A stretch of 64,000 nt of DNA. Origin: Longimicrobiales bacterium (GTDB taxonomy: Bacteria; Gemmatimonadota; Gemmatimonadetes; Longimicrobiales; Gaopeijiaceae). The stretch lies in assembly GCA_965226375.1 (NCBI GenBank), contig CBDDCX010000008.1, positions 2,144,001-2,208,000 on the forward strand, given 5' to 3'. Position 1 is the first letter of the stretch; every line of letters begins with the position of its first letter. Under the pieces are notes generated by a model, which was not told where the DNA came from, searched no databases, and saw nothing but the letters and a program-made list of their open reading frames with translations. Shown here one piece after another: positions 20,512 through 30,815 of this stretch. A program made the position numbers and the translations under genes.

Positions 20512-23236
20512 CTAGTCCGCCGAAAGCGCCCGGACCGGATCTACACGGCTGGCGCGTAGCGACGGCATCAGGGATCCCAGAATCGCCACGCCGAACAAGG
20601 TGAGCGTGGCTGAAACAAAGGTCCGGGGATCGTGCGTCGAGACCCCGAAGACCAGGCTGGCCAGCAAGCGAGTGCCCAACAGGGCAAGGAGAAGTCCGAC
20701 CGCGAGGCCCATGCAGGTCTGGCCCAGTCCCTGTCCCAGAGTCATGCGGATCACGGCCCCGCGGCTGGCTCCCAAGGCCAGGCGAACGCCGATTTCGCGG
20801 GTCCGGGCGGTGACCGCCTGCGCGCTCACTCCGTAGATACCGATGGCGCTCCATGTCACTGCGATCACGGTGAAGAGGCTCAGAAGTAAGAGGTTGAACC
20901 TGGGTCGAGCCACCGAATCCGAGAGAATGGCCTCGCCCGTGCGAATCGCCTCCAGAGGTTGGTCCGGGTTCACCTCGAGTACCGCACTCTGCAATAGAGT
21001 AGCGAGCTCTTCCGGAGGTCCCGACGTACGCACGACCACTACCATCTCCTGCATCGTGACCTGGCCGTACGGGCGATAAAGGTACGGCTCGGGGATGGTG
21101 GCGAGACTGCTTCCTCGAATATCCGAGAGGAGCCCCACGACCCGGTAGCGGGTCCCCGGATCGTCGGGCCTGCCGGAAAACATGGTACGCCCTACAGGGT
21201 CCTGTCCCGGCCACAACTGACTCGCCAACGCCTCATTGATCACCGCAACCGCGTCATCCACCGAGGCGTCATCCCGCGAAAAACCGCGGCCCGGAAGCAA
21301 CGTCATTCCCATCATCTGGAAATAGGTCGGCGTCGCCACCCGGAAACGAACGTCGTCGACGAATCCGTCCTGCCCACCGGCGCCCTCCCGATGCAGGAGC
21401 GTGCCTCCACCCCGATTGCCACTCAAAGGGAAGACGGATACGGCGCCCGCGGCCGTCACGCCGGGGAGTGCGCCCAACACCGGCAGAAGCTCCTCGAAAA
21501 ACTGGGTACGACTCTCACGGTCCGGGAAGCTGGCAGAGGCGAGGTTGAGCTCGGCCGTGAGAACGTTGTCGGTGCGAAAGCCCGGGTCGACTCCGGACAG
21601 CCGTACAAGGGTCTGGAGCAGGAGCCCCGCACCGATGAGAAGGACCAAAGCCAGGGCCGAACTCGGAAGCCACTAGCCCCCCCCTCACGTGCCGCCCTGC
21701 CCTGCCCATGCTTACTCGAGAAGAGCCGCGCGCCAGCGCACCCATCACGCTGGAGCCAGACACGACGAGCTCGGGGACCAACGCGGCCAGCAGTGCGGTA
21801 AAGGCGGTCAACCCGAGGGCGAATCCGACCGCCGCCCGGTCCATCCGGATCGTATCCATTCTCGGAAAGTTCAGTGGCCCCAACGTCGACAGGGCCTCCA
21901 CCCCGAGGGAAGCGAGTACCAGCCCGAGGCCCGCTCCCAGCGTTCCCGCCACAAGACTCTCGATCGTGACGAGCCTGGCAATCTGGAGGCGACTCGCTCC
22001 GTGGGCGGCACGAACCGCCACCTCCCTCGTTCGGTCGAGGACGCGAGCCACTCCGAGGTTGGCGATATTCGCAGCGGCTACCAACCAGAGAAGGAGCACC
22101 GCGGCCATCAAGGCCGAAAGCGCCGGCCGGACGTCACCTACGGTCTGCTCGAGAAGTCCCACCACACGCATTCCCTCACCCCCGTTGCTCTCCGGGTACT
22201 CCTCGGCCAGGCTTCGGCCCAAAGCGGCCACTTCCAGCTGGGCGTCGCCCACGGTCACGCCTGGCTTGATGCGTCCGAGGACTTGCAGGAGATGATTTCT
22301 CCGGCTGTCGCGCCAGCTCTGGAACAAAGGAAGTGGGCGCCACACCCGAGCCCCACTACCGACCGGGAACTCGAAGCCCGGCGGCATGATCCCTACTACG
22401 GTGTGCGGTGTTCCGTTCAGCTGGAGGACACGGCCGAGAATGTCCGGATCGGCACCGAAGCGGATCGACCATTCCTCATGGCTCAAGATCACCTTCTGCT
22501 GATTGCCGGGTTCATTCTCTTCGGGGATGAATGAGCGTCCCAGGGTAGGCTCGACCCCGAGCAAGGCAAGGAGGTTGGCTGTGATCATGGCGCCGGGAAT
22601 CCGCTCCGGTCTGTCTCCACCCGTGAGCGTGACGCTTGGAAAATCACCGAACATCCAGGCGCCGAGGTCGGTGAATGATCCGGTCCGTTGGCGGGCGGAC
22701 TCCATGTTGGGGATGGAGAAGGGCAGATCGGGTCGGGCGTCACGGGTCTCCCAGACCTGCACCAACTCCTCGGGAGAGTCGAACGGCAGGGGCCGAAGCA
22801 GGACGTGGCGAAACGCACTGAAGACGGCCGTGGTGGCGCCGACGCCCATCGCGAACGTGAGCACCACCGTCGTCGTGAAGCCCACCCGCCGTCTCAGGGT
22901 CCGGAGCGCGTATCGAGTCTCACTGATTATCGCAGCTATCGTGTCACCTCCCCGCCTCCCGGTAATGCCACCTCGTCGGTAGTCGATCGATTCTCCGTGA
23001 ACCAGTGTAGAGCTTGTCTTGCGCGGTGATGCCGCGGTGAGCGCGAGATCTGCGAGGGACCGCAGCCAGAAGACTACGACGGGCACGACGCCGCCCCGGC
23101 CCTGCGCCTGGCGAAGACCGTCCCTAAAGACCTCGACCATCTCGGTCTCGGCCTCCAGCCGGAACCGCTTCGTAAGGAGCCGTAACAGGAGGCGATAGGC
23201 CCGCTCCGAACGGCCCGGTCCACCGCGCCCCGTCAC
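20512..23236 (-). CDS. ADOP-type ABC permease, frameshift near 21660
   Basis: N-half (21515-23236) and C-half (20512-21648) join at LVASE/ALALVLLIGAGLL. Confidence 0.85.
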
Positions 23237-23565
23237 TGAGGGCCACCCTCCGGTACCAGCTCAGAGGCCTCCGCCGCGGACAGCACCTTTCTGAGTCGCG
23301 CGGACTCCGCCACAACGACCTGAAGGCCGAGGCTCGTCAGGCGATGATACTGGCGGCGCTCATCCGAATCCTTCTGATCGGCAGGTGGATCCACCCTCTC
23401 GATAACCTCCTGCTCGCGCATCTCCTTGAGCAGGCGGTACAGGGTGCCGGGCCCTACGATGGCGCCGCCGTCCAACTGCTGGTTCACGTGCTCCATGATG
23501 CCGAAGCCGTGGCGAGCCTCACCTCGAAGACTCAGGAGCACCGCGAAGTGCACAGGCTTAATCAT
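23233..23565 (-). CDS. PadR-family transcriptional regulator
   Basis: HGFGIM, GPGTLYRLL and RRQYHRLT motifs; overlaps permease start. Confidence 0.9.
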   Translation of the reverse strand: MIKPVHFAVLLSLRGEARHGFGIMEHVNQQLDGGAIVGPGTLYRLLKEMREQEVIERVDPPADQKDSDERRQYHRLTSLGLQVVVAESARLRKVLSAAEASELVPEGGPQ

Positions 23566-23583
23566 GATGTTCTCGCCGTAGAA

Positions 23584-23618
23584 ATCTTCAATTCCGAAGT
23601 ATATTCGATATTGAAGAT
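23584..23618. promoter_or_regulatory. Putative PadR operator
   Basis: ATCTTCAAT-N17-ATTGAAGAT directly upstream of padR; built from two TTC-N6-GAA units. Confidence 0.55.
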
Positions 23619-23639
23619 ACCTGTCCGGGCACCATGGAC

Positions 23640-23861
23640 TCGAAGGCGTCCGGCAACGCCTTCGTCCAGTACAACTCGACCACGCGCCAAGTCGACTTCA
23701 ACGTTCGGATGCGCTACAACTTTTCAGAAGGAACGGATCTCTGGATCGTCTATAATGAGGGGCTCAACACCGAACGATCCCTCGATCCGGGACAACCCAC
23801 GCCGCCGCTCTCCTTGTCACGCGCCATCATCGTGAAGTACTCGTATACGTTCCACCGCTGA
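23640..23861 (+). pseudogene. C-terminal fragment of an outer-membrane beta-barrel (DUF5916-like)
   Basis: NAFVQYN...NVRMRYNF..GTDLWIVYNE...IVKYSYTF; no N-terminal part present. Confidence 0.65.
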
Positions 23862-23886
23862 GCCAACCTGCACCCACGCACGAGCG

Positions 23887-24573
23887 ATGTCCGTGAACGA
23901 CCTCCGTCCCATGAAGCCCACCGACTGGAGGGTGCGGGCCGAGCTGTACCAACAATTCATCCAGGGCACCGGGCCGCCCTCGCACGTCTCCCTCGCGGCC
24001 GCCGTGGAGATGGATGAAGAGGAAATCGAAGAATGCCTATCCACATTGGCCGGACATCACCTGATCACGCTAAAGGGTGACGCCGGCTTTATCTGGATGG
24101 TCCATCCTTTCTCCGCCGTGCCGACCGCGTACCCGGTGGAGACACTGTTGGGCCTGTTCTGGGCGAACTGTGCATGGGACATACTCGGTATCCCCTCCCT
24201 GCTCGGTGTGGACGCCACCACGCGGAGCAGATGCGCCGAAAGCGCGCAGGATCTGGAGTTGGGTGTGTTCAAGGGTGACGCCTGGGGGGAGGGATGCGTT
24301 CACTTCCTGGTCCCACCCCGGGACTCCTGGAACGACATCGGTTTCACGTGAGCCACCATCCTCCTCTTCCGGTCGGAAGACGATGTGGATCGCTGGTGTG
24401 AGCGCAGGTCTCTCGAGAAGGGCGGAGTGATGAGTGTAGACCAATGCTGGCAGGTGGCTAGGGAGTGGTACGGTGGACGCGAAAAGGCAGACTGGCGGCC
24501 CAAGTCCTCTGAAGAGGCCGAGAGGATCTTTCGGGCGGCCGGCCTTGAAGGACCCCACTGGCGCTTCAGCTAG
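23887..24573 (+). CDS. merB: Organomercurial lyase MerB-like protein, predicted selenoprotein (IGFT-U-ATILLF)
   Basis: N-terminal HTH; HPFS..PT; WANCAWD (catalytic Cys/Asp). TGA 24349-24351 is at the second catalytic Cys position and continues in frame (FRSEDDVDRW) to TAG 24573. Confidence 0.88.
24353..24388 (+). promoter_or_regulatory. Putative SECIS of the merB-like gene
   Basis: TCTTCC-GGTC-GGAAGA upper stem with CATC/GATG and CCA/TGG lower stem, just after the TGA. Confidence 0.72.
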
Positions 24574-24633
24574 CAGCCGTCCGATCTTCTCTGCGACCCT
24601 GTGAGCGGACGACCCAGCCCGATCGGCAAAGAC

Positions 24634-25803
24634 ATGGCACGAGATTCGGACGAACGAACCCCAGACGACGAGTTGGCCGACGCCACCGTGTTGGCGCAGG
24701 CCGGACAGGCTGTTGACCCGACGACCGGCGCGTTGGTACCGCCCTTACATATGGCGACCACGTTCGGGCGCGACGCCGAAAACAAACTGATCGGCGACTA
24801 CCTCTACTCCCGCTACCAGAACCCCACCGTCGTGCACGCGGAGCAACTGCTGGCCGGGCTCGAAGGAGGAGCCGGGGCCATGCTGTTCGCGTCCGGGCTG
24901 GCCGCGGTGGCAGCCGTGTTCGAGACGGTCGAGAGCGGCAGGCACGTGGTCGCTCCCACCATCATGTATCACGGCGCCCAGGACTGGCTCCACCGGATCG
25001 AGAGTCGCAGGGGCATCGACCTCTCTCTGTTCGACGCCACCGACCCTGACGCGCTGGGTCAGGCACTGAGAGACGGTGCTACTTCGATCGTCTGGATCGA
25101 GACGCCCGTCAATCCGACCTGGGACATCATCGACATCCGGGTGGCGGCCGACCTCGCGCACGAGGCTGGCGCGATCCTGGCAGTGGACAGCACGGTCGCA
25201 TCGCCCATCACCACCCGGCCCCTCGAGCTCGGTGCCGACCTCGTGTTCCATTCGGCCACAAAGTACATGAACGGGCACTCCGACGTCTTGGCGGGTGTCC
25301 TCATTACTCCAGAGGTGGACGAGTTGTGGGAGGAGCTCCAAACGATCCGCAGACTGAGCGGCGGAGTGTTGGGCGCCCACGACGCCTGGATGCTCATACG
25401 CGGCCTGCGGACGCTACCCCTTCGCTTCGAGCGCGCCTCACGGAGCGCGCTTGAAATCGCCCGTCATCTGGAGGGGCACCCGGGCCTGGAAGCCGTGCTC
25501 TACCCGGGACTCGAGAGCCACCCCGGCCACGAGGTGGCGCGGCGACAGATGACCGACGGGTTCGGAGCGCTGATGTCGATCCTGGTGAAAGGCGGCGCGG
25601 AAGAGGCCTTGGCCGTGACGGGCCGACTCCGTGTCTTCGTGCGGGCTACGTCGCTGGGCGGCGTGGAGAGCCTCGTGGAGCATCGTGCAACCGTGGAGGG
25701 TCCCCATAGCCAGGTGCCTCCCAACCTGGTGCGGCTCTCGATCGGCATCGAGGATCCGGCGGACCTGATCGCCGACCTCGACCGGGCGTTGGCGGGGGAC
25801 TGA
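24634..25803 (+). CDS. Cys/Met metabolism PLP enzyme (cystathionine gamma-synthase/lyase family)
   Basis: YSRYQNPT, FASGLAA, IETPVNP, HSATKYMNGHSD and ATSLGGVESL motifs. Confidence 0.92.
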   Translation: MARDSDERTPDDELADATVLAQAGQAVDPTTGALVPPLHMATTFGRDAENKLIGDYLYSRYQNPTVVHAEQLLAGLEGGAGAMLFASGLAAVAAVFETVESGRHVVAPTIMYHGAQDWLHRIESRRGIDLSLFDATDPDALGQALRDGATSIVWIETPVNPTWDIIDIRVAADLAHEAGAILAVDSTVASPITTRPLELGADLVFHSATKYMNGHSDVLAGVLITPEVDELWEELQTIRRLSGGVLGAHDAWMLIRGLRTLPLRFERASRSALEIARHLEGHPGLEAVLYPGLESHPGHEVARRQMTDGFGALMSILVKGGAEEALAVTGRLRVFVRATSLGGVESLVEHRATVEGPHSQVPPNLVRLSIGIEDPADLIADLDRALAGD

Positions 25804-25849
25804 GGGCCAACACCCGTTCGAGGCGATTTCGGCGAGGGAACCGGGAGCG

Positions 25850-28597
25850 TTATTCCGACCGCAACGCACCCACGGGATCAATTCGAGTGGCCCTCACCGC
25901 CAGCACCAAGCATGCCGCCGCGGCCACGACTAGCAGGGCCGCCGCCACGCCCAGGTATGTCGGAAGGTCGGCAGAGCCCACTCCGAACAGCAGGGCGTCC
26001 ATGATTCGTGTGAGAGCCAAAGCGGCTCCCAGCCCGACCGCGGTGCCCAGAACAGCAGGAGTCATGCCTCCGCGCAGAACGAGACGCAAAGCGTCGGCCC
26101 TCCCGGCACCCAGTGCGATGCGAATGCCGATCTCCTGGGCCCGTTGGCCGACCTGGTAGGAGATCACCCCATAGATCCCGAGGCTGGCCAAGACGAGCGC
26201 GAGAAGGGCGAACACCCCGAGGAGGACCGTGAAAAAGCGGGGCTCTGCCATCGACTCGGCCAGTACCCGATCCACGGTGGCGATCTCGGAGATGGGCTGA
26301 TTGACGTCCAGACGGGCCATCACCTGGCGCACGCCGGAGACCACCGCCAGCGGATTGCCCGCGGTGTGCAACACGTAGGTCATGCCTCGACGAGAGAACA
26401 GCTCTTGCGAGATGTAGGCCACGAGTGGCGTCTCCTCCCGCAGACCAAAGTGCTTCACATCCTCCACCACCCCGACGATCTCGATCTCCGACCCATACAT
26501 CTGGAGAAAGCGGCCCACGGCCAAGTCACCTCCGAAGGCCACCCGCGCGAGGCGCTCATTGATCACGACCGTGGGCGGCGCGTTCTCCGTGTCCAGCTCG
26601 TTGATGCTCCTCCCTTGGCGGAGCTGAATCCCCAGGGATCGGAATAGCCCCGGGCTCACCTGGATGACCTGTAGGTCCTGCTCGAAAAGCGCAGCAGAAG
26701 GGCCATCCCCCACCACACTCCAGTCGGTCTGCTCGCCCGCACCCTGCATGGGAAAATGACGGATGGATCCCACTTCCAGCACGGCGGGCAGGTCGCTGAA
26801 TCGATCCAGCGCTTCCCGGTGGAAGCCCATGTAGTCGGGCCGTTCCGGGTATGTGGCAGCCGATATGGTGAGTGTTACTGCGAGCCGGTCCTCGATATCG
26901 AACCCCGGATCGACACGCTGTGTCAGCCACAAGCTCCGCAGCATGAGCCCCGCCCCGACCAGCAGGACCACCGCGACGGCCACCTCGACGCCCACGAGCC
27001 AGGGTTGGGTGCCACCGCGGCCCCGCCCGATGCTCCGGCCCCCGACCTTGAGTGCCTCAGAGACGCTCGTGCGCGAGATGGCAAAGGCAGGGAGCATCCC
27101 AAAGAGAATACCGGTGAAGAGGGAGACACCCACCACAAAAGCCAGGACGCGAAGATCCGGGGCCACCTCACTCGCCCTCGGGATGACCCCGGCACTCCAG
27201 CTGGACAGACTTCGAAGGTCGACGAACGAGAGAGCGACCCCCGCCAGACCACCCAAACCCGACAGGACCACACTCTCCGTGAGCACCTGCCGGATCAGCC
27301 TGCCTTTTGGTGCACCCAGCGCGGTGCGGACGGCCATCTCGGTCCCGCGGCTCGTGCCACGGGCAAGGAGCAGGTTGGCCATGTTCGCACAGGCGATGAG
27401 CAGGATGAAACCGACCGCTCCCAGGAGCACGAGCAGAGGTGTGCGGACGTCGCCGACCATTGTCTGGTGAAGTGGTTCCACCGTGGCCCGATTCAGTCCC
27501 TCGTTCGTGTCCGCATACTCCGTACTCAACGCTCTAGCCACAGAGCCGAGGTCATCGGCCGCCGCTGCCACCGTAGCACCAGGAGCCAGGCGACCCACCG
27601 CGTTCAGAAAACGTACGGGACGCAGTTGGAGCGGAATGGACGACGCGGGGATGACCGTGAGGAAGGCCCACATCTCGATTTCGGGAACGGGAAACCGAAA
27701 ACCCCGGGGCATGACCCCCACGACCTCGTAGCCCTCATTCTTCAGCGTCAATGTGCGACCGATGATGGTCGGGTCGGATCCGAAACGCCGCACCCAGGAG
27801 TCATGGCTCAGAACCACGACCCGGTTCTGACCGTACTCCTCCTCTCGTCTGAGGGTGCGTCCGAGGCGGGCGGGAACCCCTAGAGCCTCGAAGAAACCCG
27901 CAGATACATAGGCCGTCTCGACCTCTTCTGCAGGGCCTTCGTTCTGCAGGATGAGGTCGCTGGGGAGCATACTGTAGAGGCCCAGATCACTCAGTGTTGT
28001 CGTGCGCTCGGCCCAGTCCTCGAAGTCGGGAACGGAGAGACCTCCGTGGCCGCCTTCCGAACGAGCGGCCCAAACCCGAACCAGACGCTCCGACTGTGGA
28101 AACGGCAGCGGGCGAATCAGGACACTGTTCACGACCGTGAACATGGCCGTATTCGCGCCGATTCCGAGTGTCAGAATGAGCAACGCCACCAAGGTGAATC
28201 CCGGGTTCCGCAGCAGCGAACGGAGTGCATAATGCACGTCTTGCCAGAGCCCATCCATGTGTCTTCCCCCCGTCATCTTCATCTTCACGTGAATCCGTCC
28301 GTATCGATCGCCTCCCCTCGACCCTGCTCGCCCAGAGCGTGCCCGGTGGAGCATCACCAACGGATGCAGGCGGGCACCGAGTGACGCGAGAGCCATCCGC
28401 CAATACCAACGCCGGGCCCCCGCCACCCCGAGACGGTCCACGACGTGTCCCAGGAACTCCTCGTCCAGGTCACCCAGGATGAACTCGGCCTCCACGCCTG
28501 GAAGTAAGACTCGTAGCAACAGGCCAGCGAGCCGGGGAGCCCGCGCGAGGTCGGGGGTTCTTGAGGTGGGCGGACTGAAATCGTGCAGTCGCGACAT
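25850..28597 (-). CDS. ADOP-type ABC permease with N-terminal prefix domain
   Basis: GDLDEEF...WYWR prefix; LLRNPGFT; IACANMANLLL; EIGIRIALGA. Confidence 0.92.
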   Translation of the reverse strand: MSRLHDFSPPTSRTPDLARAPRLAGLLLRVLLPGVEAEFILGDLDEEFLGHVVDRLGVAGARRWYWRMALASLGARLHPLVMLHRARSGRAGSRGGDRYGRIHVKMKMTGGRHMDGLWQDVHYALRSLLRNPGFTLVALLILTLGIGANTAMFTVVNSVLIRPLPFPQSERLVRVWAARSEGGHGGLSVPDFEDWAERTTTLSDLGLYSMLPSDLILQNEGPAEEVETAYVSAGFFEALGVPARLGRTLRREEEYGQNRVVVLSHDSWVRRFGSDPTIIGRTLTLKNEGYEVVGVMPRGFRFPVPEIEMWAFLTVIPASSIPLQLRPVRFLNAVGRLAPGATVAAAADDLGSVARALSTEYADTNEGLNRATVEPLHQTMVGDVRTPLLVLLGAVGFILLIACANMANLLLARGTSRGTEMAVRTALGAPKGRLIRQVLTESVVLSGLGGLAGVALSFVDLRSLSSWSAGVIPRASEVAPDLRVLAFVVGVSLFTGILFGMLPAFAISRTSVSEALKVGGRSIGRGRGGTQPWLVGVEVAVAVVLLVGAGLMLRSLWLTQRVDPGFDIEDRLAVTLTISAATYPERPDYMGFHREALDRFSDLPAVLEVGSIRHFPMQGAGEQTDWSVVGDGPSAALFEQDLQVIQVSPGLFRSLGIQLRQGRSINELDTENAPPTVVINERLARVAFGGDLAVGRFLQMYGSEIEIVGVVEDVKHFGLREETPLVAYISQELFSRRGMTYVLHTAGNPLAVVSGVRQVMARLDVNQPISEIATVDRVLAESMAEPRFFTVLLGVFALLALVLASLGIYGVISYQVGQRAQEIGIRIALGAGRADALRLVLRGGMTPAVLGTAVGLGAALALTRIMDALLFGVGSADLPTYLGVAAALLVVAAAACLVLAVRATRIDPVGALRSE

Positions 28598-28600
28598 GGG

Positions 28601-28945
28601 CTACTCGCTCGCCTGAGCGGCCAGCCCCGCGAGCTTGGACTCCAACCCCTCGGCCATGCTGGCCAACGTATCGTAGGAGCGTTTGAGAGCCTCCGCCCCC
28701 TGAGGCTCGAGATCGTAGTATTTCCGGCGGCGTCCACCTCGAGCCGGCGTGGTGTCGCCAACCCGGGACGCGACGAAGCCCCTCGACTCCAGGCGCTCCA
28801 ACGCGGTGTACACCGCTCCGGGAGACACCTGCCGCCCCGTGCGCTGCCCGATGGCCTGCCGGATGGACACCCCGTGGGCGTCGGCCTCGAGCTCCAGGAG
28901 GGCGAACATCACCAGCTGCTCGAATTCCCCGAGATGCTTGCTCAC
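28601..28945 (-). CDS. PadR-family transcriptional regulator
   Basis: LGEFEQLV, GAVYTALERLE and GGRRRKYY motifs. Confidence 0.92.
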   Translation of the reverse strand: MSKHLGEFEQLVMFALLELEADAHGVSIRQAIGQRTGRQVSPGAVYTALERLESRGFVASRVGDTTPARGGRRRKYYDLEPQGAEALKRSYDTLASMAEGLESKLAGLAAQASE

Positions 28946-28968
28946 AGCTACTCCCTCCGCTTGCGGTA

Positions 28969-29004
28969 ACTACAGTGTAGGTGACACGATTACCACACTG
29001 TAGT
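28969..29004. promoter_or_regulatory. Putative PadR operator
   Basis: ACTACAGTGT-N16-ACACTGTAGT upstream of padR; each half is itself a CTACA-N-TGTAG-like palindrome. Confidence 0.6.
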
Positions 29005-29204
29005 GATTGCTAGAGCGGAAGTCAACGGTCGTCGTCCGCTATACGTATTAGTGAGCTGCCCCTGGACTATCATTCAGAAAACTATAATTTATACGCACCG
29101 ATCAATAGCTAAGGGTTCTGTCGGGGGTTGGGGTGTCGGGTCATAGGGGCGCGGTCATCCATTCGCAATCACTCGCTGACGACCCCTACGACCTGGAGAC
29201 TCCT

Positions 29205-30752
29205 GTGCGACATCTACCGATTTCGGCTTCGCTGCTCACCTTTCTCGCCTTCTTGCTCCCAACTCCCGCCGTCTCGGTGCAAATCACCCAAGAGGGAGTG
29301 AATCGCGCCGACGCTACAATTACCTCATCCGACGTAGCCCAGCACATTGGCGTGATAGCGCACGACTCGATGCTGGGGCGTACGACTCCTTCCGCCGAGT
29401 TGAATCAGGTCGCCGCTTACGTCGCCGGACGCTTCGGGGATCTCGGGCTTCTTCCCCGGGGGGACGGCGACACGTTCCTGCAGGAGTACTCGATCCGCAT
29501 GACCCGCCTGCAGGACGACAAGGTCGGCGTCCAGGTCGGCGGACGAGCACTGAGCGTGGATGGGGAGATCCGCCTGGTTTTCCCCAACGACCCCACCGAA
29601 GCCATTACGGGCGACGTCGTGCTGGTTCGGGGCTCCGCTGCGGCCGGCCTGCCCAAGGCATCCGTCGCGGATAAGATCGTACTCGTCGTGCTCCCTTCAC
29701 CCTCAGGTGCACTCTTTCCAGAGTTGTCCGTGAACATGCCGGCCCTGGCCTCTCAAAGTCCGACAGCCGTCATCATCATCACGGATCGGGAGGCTTCGCT
29801 CTTCGCCGATAGTCGCACCACGTTCCAGCTCGACATCCCACAACCGACGTGGGAGGTGAGCAGCCCCTTCCGGTTCCCCCTATTCGAGACTCGCCGTGAG
29901 ATCCTCGACGAGGTGCTCTCGGGCCACGGGGTCGATCTGGAGCGCGCATTCGCCGAGTCGGGACAGGCGATGACCGTCACTCCGCTCCCGGATCTACAGG
30001 TTGATATCCGATTGCCGCGAGAAGTAGAGAGCACCGAGACCGCGCCCAACGTGGTAGGTGTGTGGCAAGGCAGCGATCCCAAGCTGCGTGACGAGTACGT
30101 CGTACTGAGCGCACACATGGACCACATCGGTGTCGGACCGCCGAAGGCCAGCGGCGACAGCATCTACAACGGCGCCGATGACGACGCCTCAGGAGTGGCG
30201 GCGATCCTGGAGATCGCCGAGGCGTTCGTGGCACTGGGGGTGGCACCCCGGCGGTCGATCATCTTCCTGGCGGTAAGCGGAGAGGAGCAAGGGCTCTGGG
30301 GAAGCGACTTCTTCGCTTCACACTCACCCGTTCCAATGGGGGACATAGTGGCCGATCTCAATCTGGACATGATCGGACGCAACTCACCGGATACCATCGT
30401 GGCCATCGGTCCCGAGCACTCCGACCTGGGCGCGACACTGAGCGACGTCGTGGGACGGCACCCTGAGTTCGGACTCACGGCCATCGATGACCCCTGGCCC
30501 GCAGAACAGCTCTTCTTCCGTTCGGACCACTTCAACTTCGCGCGCTTAGGCGTCCCGATCCTCTTTCTTACCAGCGGAACTCACGAAGACTACCATCAGG
30601 TGACTGATGAGTTGATCAACCTGGATACAGACAAGGTGAGCCGCGTGGCCCGCCTGATGTTTCACATGGCGATGGCGGTTGCCCAGATCACCGAACGACC
30701 CGAGTGGAACGAAGAGAGCTATCGGACGATCGTGGCAGGCGGGGGGCAGTGA
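29205..30752 (+). CDS. M28 family metallopeptidase
   Basis: SAHMDH, NGADDDASG, GEEQGL, NLDMIG and SDH...YH motifs; GGAG RBS before GTG 29205. Confidence 0.9.
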   Translation: MRHLPISASLLTFLAFLLPTPAVSVQITQEGVNRADATITSSDVAQHIGVIAHDSMLGRTTPSAELNQVAAYVAGRFGDLGLLPRGDGDTFLQEYSIRMTRLQDDKVGVQVGGRALSVDGEIRLVFPNDPTEAITGDVVLVRGSAAAGLPKASVADKIVLVVLPSPSGALFPELSVNMPALASQSPTAVIIITDREASLFADSRTTFQLDIPQPTWEVSSPFRFPLFETRREILDEVLSGHGVDLERAFAESGQAMTVTPLPDLQVDIRLPREVESTETAPNVVGVWQGSDPKLRDEYVVLSAHMDHIGVGPPKASGDSIYNGADDDASGVAAILEIAEAFVALGVAPRRSIIFLAVSGEEQGLWGSDFFASHSPVPMGDIVADLNLDMIGRNSPDTIVAIGPEHSDLGATLSDVVGRHPEFGLTAIDDPWPAEQLFFRSDHFNFARLGVPILFLTSGTHEDYHQVTDELINLDTDKVSRVARLMFHMAMAVAQITERPEWNEESYRTIVAGGGQ

Positions 30753-30815
30753 CGGCACAGACCAGACGGGGGCTGAACGCCGAATACCGGCCGGCCGGCG
30801 CAGGTTTGGGTGCGT

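Noticed and set aside
29040..29100. Sigma70 promoter at TATAAT 29083
   Set aside because: AT-rich, but no -35 box at proper spacing; cannot be supported.
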